This document shows, piece by piece, positions 58,500-64,000 of a stretch of 64,000 bases of DNA (position 1 is its first letter; the number at the start of each line of letters is the position of its first letter). The translations under genes were made by a program, and so were the position numbers. This DNA comes from Marinifilum sp. (GTDB lineage: Bacteria; Bacteroidota; Bacteroidia; Bacteroidales; CG2-30-32-10), in contig DYDE01000004.1 of NCBI GenBank assembly GCA_020718065.1, positions 9,012 through 73,011 of the forward strand, in the 5' to 3' direction. A model generated the notes under the pieces. The model was given only the letters and a program-made list of their open reading frames with translations. It made no database searches and had not been told where the DNA came from.

Positions 58500-58967
58500 T
58501 TATTTGCTTTTATCTTCTTTCTTTTCTGCTTCTACCTTTACAAATTCTCCAGAAATTTTAAAAAATAACTCCTGAATATCTTTTTTTTTCGCAATATCAA
58601 CAGCATATAGTTTTTCTAAAGCTGGGTAAACTTCTTCTAGTTCAACTTCTTTTATTTTGTATTTTGGATAATTGGCAGCAACATACGTTTTAATCGACAT
58701 TGGTGTATATTCTAAAGGGATCTCCCATGAAGTGCTTTTCCATTCACCTTTTTCAGAATAAACAGCTTCAGTATTTATTTCTTTGTTTAAAAATTCAACT
58801 TCATAAGTATCATTAATCTTTGTCCATTTTTGATTGTTTGCCTCAGGAAACCTAGTTTTAAAGTTTGCTTGAACAACTAATGGTAAATCTTTTGGTTGAA
58901 CTGTTTGTGCACATAAGTAGATTATACCTAAAAAGAGAAATGCAAAAAATGTTGTTAATTTTTTCAT
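58500..58967 (-). CDS. PepSY-like (putative beta-lactamase-inhibitor-like) domain protein
   Basis: Signal peptide, then two repeats of the LP..V...F...YP.A....W.K....YEVEF pattern. Confidence 0.65.
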   Translation of the reverse strand: MKKLTTFFAFLFLGIIYLCAQTVQPKDLPLVVQANFKTRFPEANNQKWTKINDTYEVEFLNKEINTEAVYSEKGEWKSTSWEIPLEYTPMSIKTYVAANYPKYKIKEVELEEVYPALEKLYAVDIAKKKDIQELFFKISGEFVKVEAEKKEDKSK

Positions 58968-59060
58968 ATAATTATATTTTTTACAAAGCTATAAATTATT
59001 ATAAAAATAGAGGCAATATTTTCAAAATATTACCTCTAATATGTGAAAGAGAAATAGATT

Positions 59061-59954
59061 TTAAAACTTATAAGAAAGCCCTATACCAAGAACTTCTTTA
59101 AATTGAGCTCTTTTGCCTTCTCCAACTTGTGTGTCAACACCATTCACCTTTTTCATTATTGGTATTTTGGTATCGTCATCATATATAAGAGTAGTAGAAA
59201 TATTTGCAGTAATATACTTATTAACTTTTAATGCCAACATTGCATCCCAGTTTACATCTATATTTTGGGGATTGTGAGAATAATTGCTAAACAAATCAAG
59301 TTTAGTTCCCAAAGTAACATTTTGCATAATTTCTTTTTTAAAAGCAAATGTAATATAAGCTCCTAATTCTTCACGATGAGTTTTACCGGAATCAACGCCA
59401 TAAGCCCCGTTATCAGAAAGCTTTTGATCATTAACAACAGTGATTTTACCAGTAACAGGTGAAAAGTAAAAAGAAAAATCATCATTTGGTTTATAATCCA
59501 TACCAATTGACAAAAGTATATAAGCAGGGGCTAAAAATCTTGAAACAATAACACTATCATTTGGATAATTGTAGCCATCCGTAAATTGACTTTTAAAATT
59601 AATAAGTGCAGAATAGTACCATTTATTAATTGCAAGACGACCATACTTGGAGTTTAAATCAATTTTATCATCGCTTTTTCGCAATGATGCTTCCCCAATT
59701 TTATTTAATCCATATGCAACATCTAATGTATTATCCCATGTGGTTTTTTGTTTTTTATAATTTGCAAACAAATTACCAAAAGCGCCAACAGAAATACTGT
59801 TTTCTCCACCAGCTGCCCAATTACTAAAACTCACCTGATTAAAATTAAGAGAACCAACACCACCTTTTTTCCAATATTTTGTAGTATCAGGGTTCTGAGC
59901 ATAATTGATGATACATAGCAATAAAGCCACACTAAAGATATTTAGTCTTTTCAT
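59061..59954 (-). CDS. DUF3078 outer-membrane protein
   Basis: The WKKGGVGSLNFNQVSFSNWAAGGENSIS signature of DUF3078, a beta-barrel pattern, and terminal ..GLSYKF. Confidence 0.75.
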   Translation of the reverse strand: MKRLNIFSVALLLCIINYAQNPDTTKYWKKGGVGSLNFNQVSFSNWAAGGENSISVGAFGNLFANYKKQKTTWDNTLDVAYGLNKIGEASLRKSDDKIDLNSKYGRLAINKWYYSALINFKSQFTDGYNYPNDSVIVSRFLAPAYILLSIGMDYKPNDDFSFYFSPVTGKITVVNDQKLSDNGAYGVDSGKTHREELGAYITFAFKKEIMQNVTLGTKLDLFSNYSHNPQNIDVNWDAMLALKVNKYITANISTTLIYDDDTKIPIMKKVNGVDTQVGEGKRAQFKEVLGIGLSYKF

Positions 59955-59970
59955 AAAATTTTTAATTAAA

Positions 59971-60381
59971 TTATTTTTTCAATAAATCTCTGATTTCGGT
60001 CAGCAACACTTCTGATTTTGGAGGTTCAGTTGGAGTTGCTGGTTTTTCTTGCTTGCGTTTCATTTTATTCATTCCTTTAATTATTAAAAACAATGCAAAT
60101 GCAATTATCAGGAAATCAATAAAAGTTTGAATAAAGTTCCCAATGTTAATAGTAACCGCAGGAATGGTTTTGCCAACAGTATTTACATAACCATCCAATA
60201 AAGTAAACTTCAAATCAGTAAAATTTAAACCTCCTATTATATACCCAATTGGAGGCATTAATATATCACTTACCAGCGAGGAAATTATTTTTCCAAATGC
60301 ACCTCCAATAATTATACCTACAGCAAGGTCAACAACACTACCTTTTGAAGCAAATTCTTTAAATTCCTTAATTAGTCCCAT
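59971..60381 (-). CDS. mscL: large-conductance mechanosensitive channel
   Basis: [46 protein letters not shown], 136 aa. Confidence 0.95.
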   Translation of the reverse strand: MGLIKEFKEFASKGSVVDLAVGIIIGGAFGKIISSLVSDILMPPIGYIIGGLNFTDLKFTLLDGYVNTVGKTIPAVTINIGNFIQTFIDFLIIAFALFLIIKGMNKMKRKQEKPATPTEPPKSEVLLTEIRDLLKK

Positions 60382-60639
60382 ATTTTATATTTTTTAATTT
60401 ATAATTATATACAATATTACAAATATAATTTTAAGATAATTTAAAAACAAATTTATGGTTTAAATATAAATCTATTTTGGTTTTTTTAGTATTTGTACAT
60501 ATATTAGAAAATTATATTAATATTTATTAGAATAATATTTATGTTTAAAAATTAAATTTTGTAACTTCGCAACATTATTGATTAAAATCAGAAAGTCCTG
60601 TTTTTCAGGAGATTATTATATTAAATTTATCATAAATCT

Positions 60640-63600
60640 ATGGAAAAAAAGAAAAATTTTAAAACATGTGATGGAAATTATGCTGCATCGCATATTGCAT
60701 ACATGTTTAGTGAAGTTGCAGCAATTTATCCCATCACTCCATCATCAACTATGGCAGAATACGTAGATGAGTGGGCAGCTTTTGGTAAAAAAAACATTTT
60801 TGGAGAAACAGTAAAAGTTGTTGAAATGCAATCTGAAGGAGGAGCAGCAGGTGCTGTTCATGGGTCTTTACAAGCAGGTGCATTAACATCTACTTATACT
60901 GCATCCCAAGGTTTATTGTTGATGATACCTAATATGTATAAAATTGCAGGTGAATTATTACCTGGTGTGTTCCATGTTTCTGCAAGAAGTTTGGCAGCAC
61001 AAGCATTATCTATTTTTGGTGATCATAGCGATGTAATGAGCACTCGTCAGACTGGTTTTGCAATGTTAGCTACAGGAAGTGTTCAGGAAATTATGGATAT
61101 TGCAGGTATTGCTCACTTGGTAGCTATTAAGTCAAGAGTTCCTTTCCTCCATTTTTTCGATGGTTTCAGAACCTCTCACGAAATACAAAAAGTAGAAGCA
61201 CCTACTACAGAACAAATGGCTTCTTTATTAGATTTCAAAGCAGTACAATCTTTCCGCGACAGGGCTTTAAATCCAGAACACCCTGTTACCAGAGGCACAG
61301 CTCAAAATCCTGATATTTATTTCCAATCTCGCGAAGCTGCCAATAAATTTTATGATGTTGTGCCTGATATGGTCGAAGATTACATGCAACAACTTACCAA
61401 AATCACTGGCAGAGAATACCATCCTTTCACATATTATGGTCCAAAAGATGCTGAAAACATAATTGTGGCTATGGGTTCTATTACCGAAACAATTAAAGAA
61501 GTAATAGACCATTTACAAGCAAAAGGAGAAAAACTGGGCTTGATTTCTGTACATTTATACAGACCTTTCTCAGCTAAATACTTGCTGAATGTAATGCCAA
61601 AATCAGTTAAGAAAATATGTGTACTTGATCGTACCAAAGAAATTGGCGCAAATGGAGATCCATTATATTTAGATATTAAAGATGTTTTCTATGGAATGCC
61701 AAATACTCCTATCATTATAGGTGGCAGATATGGATTAAGTTCCAAAGATACCACTCCTTCTCAAATTCTTGCAATTAATGAAAATATCAAAGCAAAAGAT
61801 TCTAAAAATCAATTTACCATTGGGATTGTAGATGACGTTACCAACAAATCCTTAACCCTTCTCCCAGAAATAAGTGTAGCTGTTAAAGGGACTTATGAAG
61901 CAAAATTTTATGGTTTAGGTGCTGATGGTACTGTTGGTGCCAATAAAAATTCAATTAAAATCATTGGTGACACTACTGATAAATATTGTCAGGCATATTT
62001 TGCTTACGATTCAAAAAAATCAGGTGGGATTACTGTTTCGCACTTACGTTTTGGCGATAATCCAATTCGTTCACCCTATCTGGTAAATACTCCTGACTTT
62101 GTTGCTTGTCATGTGCCTTCTTATCTCGATAAATATGATATGTTGAAAGGGTTGAAAAAAGGTGGAACATTCTTATTTAACAGTATATGGGATATTGAAG
62201 AAACCAAAAAACGTTTACCAGACCATATGAAAAAATATTTGGCTGAAAACGATATAAAGTTTTATACCATCAATGCAACAGCAATTGCTGAGGAAATTGG
62301 TCTTGGAAACCGAACAAATACAATTATGCAAGCTGCTTTCTTTAAAGTTGCAAATGTTATTCCTTACGAATTGGCAGTAACAGATATGAAAAAAGCCATT
62401 TACAAATCATATGGCAATAAAGGTGAAGATATCGTTAGCATGAACAATGCTGCAGTTGATAAGGGCGGAGAAGTTATTCAAATACCAGTTCCTACAGAAT
62501 GGAAAAGTATAGTTGTTAAAGCCAAAACGGACACTCGCAATATTCCAGATTTTATTAAAAATGTAATGGAACCAATCAATTCGCAAAAAGGCGATGATCT
62601 TCCAGTTAGTGCATTTCTAGGTCGCGAAGATGGAACTTTTCCTGCTGGTACTACCGAATATGAAAAAAGAGGTATTGCTGTAAATGTTCCTGAATGGATA
62701 CCAGAAAATTGTATTCAATGTAATCAATGTGCTTATGTCTGCCCTCACGCTGCAATTCGTCCTTTCTTATTGAACAATGAAGAGATTAAGAATGCTCCTG
62801 CTAATACAACTACTTTAAAAGCTATTGGCAAAGAAATAGAAGGTTTGCAATTCAGAATTCAAGTAAGTGCCTTAGATTGTACGGGTTGTGGCAACTGCGC
62901 TGATGTTTGTCCTTCAAAAACAAAAGCATTGATTATGAAACCACTTGGGACACAAACTGCCGAAATTGAAAGATACGACTATATGTCAAACAAAGTTACT
63001 TATAAAGACAATTTAGTTGACAAGTTCAAAACATTTAAAAACAGTCAGTTTGCACAGCCTTTATTTGAGTTTTCAGGAGCTTGTGCTGGTTGTGGCGAAA
63101 CTCCTTATATCAAATTAATCACGCAATTGTATGGTGAACGAATGATGGTTGCAAATGCAACTGGTTGTTCTTCCATTTATGGGGGCTCTGCTCCATCAAC
63201 TCCATATTGTGCTAGTAAAAGAAATGGATTTGGTCCAGCATGGGCAAACTCATTATTTGAAGACAATGCAGAATACGGTTTAGGTATGGCAACAGGTATT
63301 GAAAAAATGAGAGAAAGAATTGCCAGATTAATGAACGAAGGAATTGCTGGTAATTTTTCCAGTGAAATCAAAGACGCTTTTAAAGAATGGATAGCAGGAA
63401 AAGACAACGCAGAACAATCAATTGCTGCTTCCGAAAAAGTATTAAAACTTATTTCTAACTCTAACGACCCTATTGCAAAACAAATTATTGATTGTAAACA
63501 ATATTTGGTTAAAAAATCAGTTTGGATATTTGGTGGAGATGGTTGGGCTTATGATATTGGGTATGGTGGTTTAGATCATGTATTGGCATCCGGTGAAAAT

Positions 63601-64000
63601 GTAAATGTGCTTGTATTGGATACAGAAGTATATTCAAACACTGGTGGTCAGTCATCAAAGGCTACTCCGGTTGGAGCTGTTGCTAAATTTGCAGCATCCG
63701 GTAAAAGAGTTCGCAAAAAAGATCTGGGTATGATGGCAATGTCATACGGATATGTTTATGTTGCTCAAGTATCTATGGGAGCGAACCAAGGACAATACTT
63801 CCGCGTTTTAAAAGAAGCAGAAGCATTTAATGGACCATCTATTATTATTGCTTATGCTCCTTGTATTAATCATGGTTTACGTTCCGGAATGGGTAAAACT
63901 CAGGAAGAAGCAAATCTTGCAGTTGAATGTGGTTATTGGCATTTATATCGCTACAATCCAGCATTGGCAGAAGAAGGGAAAAATCCATTTATCTTAGATT
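60640..64000 (+). CDS. nifJ: pyruvate:ferredoxin (flavodoxin) oxidoreductase, 3' end outside the window
   Basis: Not in the supplied ORF track because no stop is reached. My translation from the ATG at 60640 reads MEKKKNFKTCDGNYAASHIAYMFSEVAAIYPITPSSTMAEYVDEWAAFGKKNIFGE... The two ferredoxin motifs CIQCNQCAYVCPHAAIR and CTGCGNCADVCP are present, as is the TPP motif GGDGWAYDIGYGGLDH. The frame stays open to nt 64000. Confidence 0.95.
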   Translation, partial: MEKKKNFKTCDGNYAASHIAYMFSEVAAIYPITPSSTMAEYVDEWAAFGKKNIFGETVKVVEMQSEGGAAGAVHGSLQAGALTSTYTASQGLLLMIPNMYKIAGELLPGVFHVSARSLAAQALSIFGDHSDVMSTRQTGFAMLATGSVQEIMDIAGIAHLVAIKSRVPFLHFFDGFRTSHEIQKVEAPTTEQMASLLDFKAVQSFRDRALNPEHPVTRGTAQNPDIYFQSREAANKFYDVVPDMVEDYMQQLTKITGREYHPFTYYGPKDAENIIVAMGSITETIKEVIDHLQAKGEKLGLISVHLYRPFSAKYLLNVMPKSVKKICVLDRTKEIGANGDPLYLDIKDVFYGMPNTPIIIGGRYGLSSKDTTPSQILAINENIKAKDSKNQFTIGIVDDVTNKSLTLLPEISVAVKGTYEAKFYGLGADGTVGANKNSIKIIGDTTDKYCQAYFAYDSKKSGGITVSHLRFGDNPIRSPYLVNTPDFVACHVPSYLDKYDMLKGLKKGGTFLFNSIWDIEETKKRLPDHMKKYLAENDIKFYTINATAIAEEIGLGNRTNTIMQAAFFKVANVIPYELAVTDMKKAIYKSYGNKGEDIVSMNNAAVDKGGEVIQIPVPTEWKSIVVKAKTDTRNIPDFIKNVMEPINSQKGDDLPVSAFLGREDGTFPAGTTEYEKRGIAVNVPEWIPENCIQCNQCAYVCPHAAIRPFLLNNEEIKNAPANTTTLKAIGKEIEGLQFRIQVSALDCTGCGNCADVCPSKTKALIMKPLGTQTAEIERYDYMSNKVTYKDNLVDKFKTFKNSQFAQPLFEFSGACAGCGETPYIKLITQLYGERMMVANATGCSSIYGGSAPSTPYCASKRNGFGPAWANSLFEDNAEYGLGMATGIEKMRERIARLMNEGIAGNFSSEIKDAFKEWIAGKDNAEQSIAASEKVLKLISNSNDPIAKQIIDCKQYLVKKSVWIFGGDGWAYDIGYGGLDHVLASGENVNVLVLDTEVYSNTGGQSSKATPVGAVAKFAASGKRVRKKDLGMMAMSYGYVYVAQVSMGANQGQYFRVLKEAEAFNGPSIIIAYAPCINHGLRSGMGKTQEEANLAVECGYWHLYRYNPALAEEGKNPFILD

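Noticed and set aside
60578-60766. 62-aa ORF at the head of the PFOR region
   Set aside because: It is out of frame with, and overlapped by, the unmistakable PFOR reading frame starting at 60640. The tracked antisense ORFs at 61267..61512, 61434..61637 and 63177..63407 are likewise shadows of the PFOR gene.
1-64000. Prophage, integrative element, toxin-antitoxin or known anti-phage defence locus
   Set aside because: I found no integrase, recombinase, phage structural genes, restriction-modification genes, cas genes or TA-like gene pairs in any frame I inspected. The accessory content is secretion cargo and repeats instead.

Overview
This is an AT-rich chromosomal segment that reads as Bacteroidota. 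Seven secreted proteins end in a Por/T9SS C-terminal sorting domain. A PorV/PorQ-family barrel sits next to a PorU-like C25 peptidase. DUF3078- and DUF3822-type genes are present, and TAnnTTTG -7 boxes precede many genes. A pyruvate:ferredoxin oxidoreductase suggests an anaerobic or microaerophilic host. The backbone is housekeeping: ABC-F, rsmD, aroC, zapA, rny, gltX, tsaB, nadK, pdxJ, rpsA, aroQ, mscL, and a nifJ-type PFOR that runs off the 3' edge. I recognised no CRISPR array, tRNA, rRNA, prophage or known defence system. The parts worth a second look are these. (1) A 1.4-kb gene-free gap between the CBS/nadK genes and pdxJ holds about 19-20 head-to-tail copies of a 21-bp purine-rich unit, followed by two ~80-bp direct repeats. 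(2) A reversed-order, oversized PorV-like/PorU-like pair is followed by a secreted beta-propeller-like protein and a hybrid histidine kinase. (3) A four-gene minus-strand operon encodes a B12-type radical SAM enzyme, a membrane-anchored flavodoxin-fold (DarA-like) protein, an MIO ammonia-lyase and a methyltransferase, with no polyketide or fatty-acid genes nearby. (4) A four-gene T9SS protease island carries three M6 metalloprotease paralogues and one S1 serine protease, with duplicated terminators. (5) A membrane protein has a Gly11 tract, two Tim44-like domains each with a zinc ribbon, and a TerB-like tail. (6) A ~190-nt rod-like structured RNA candidate, 6S-like, lies between zapA and rny. 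(7) An ISAs1-family transposase remnant is capped by a 19-bp hairpin. All calls come from reading the sequence and the supplied translations; no database search was run.
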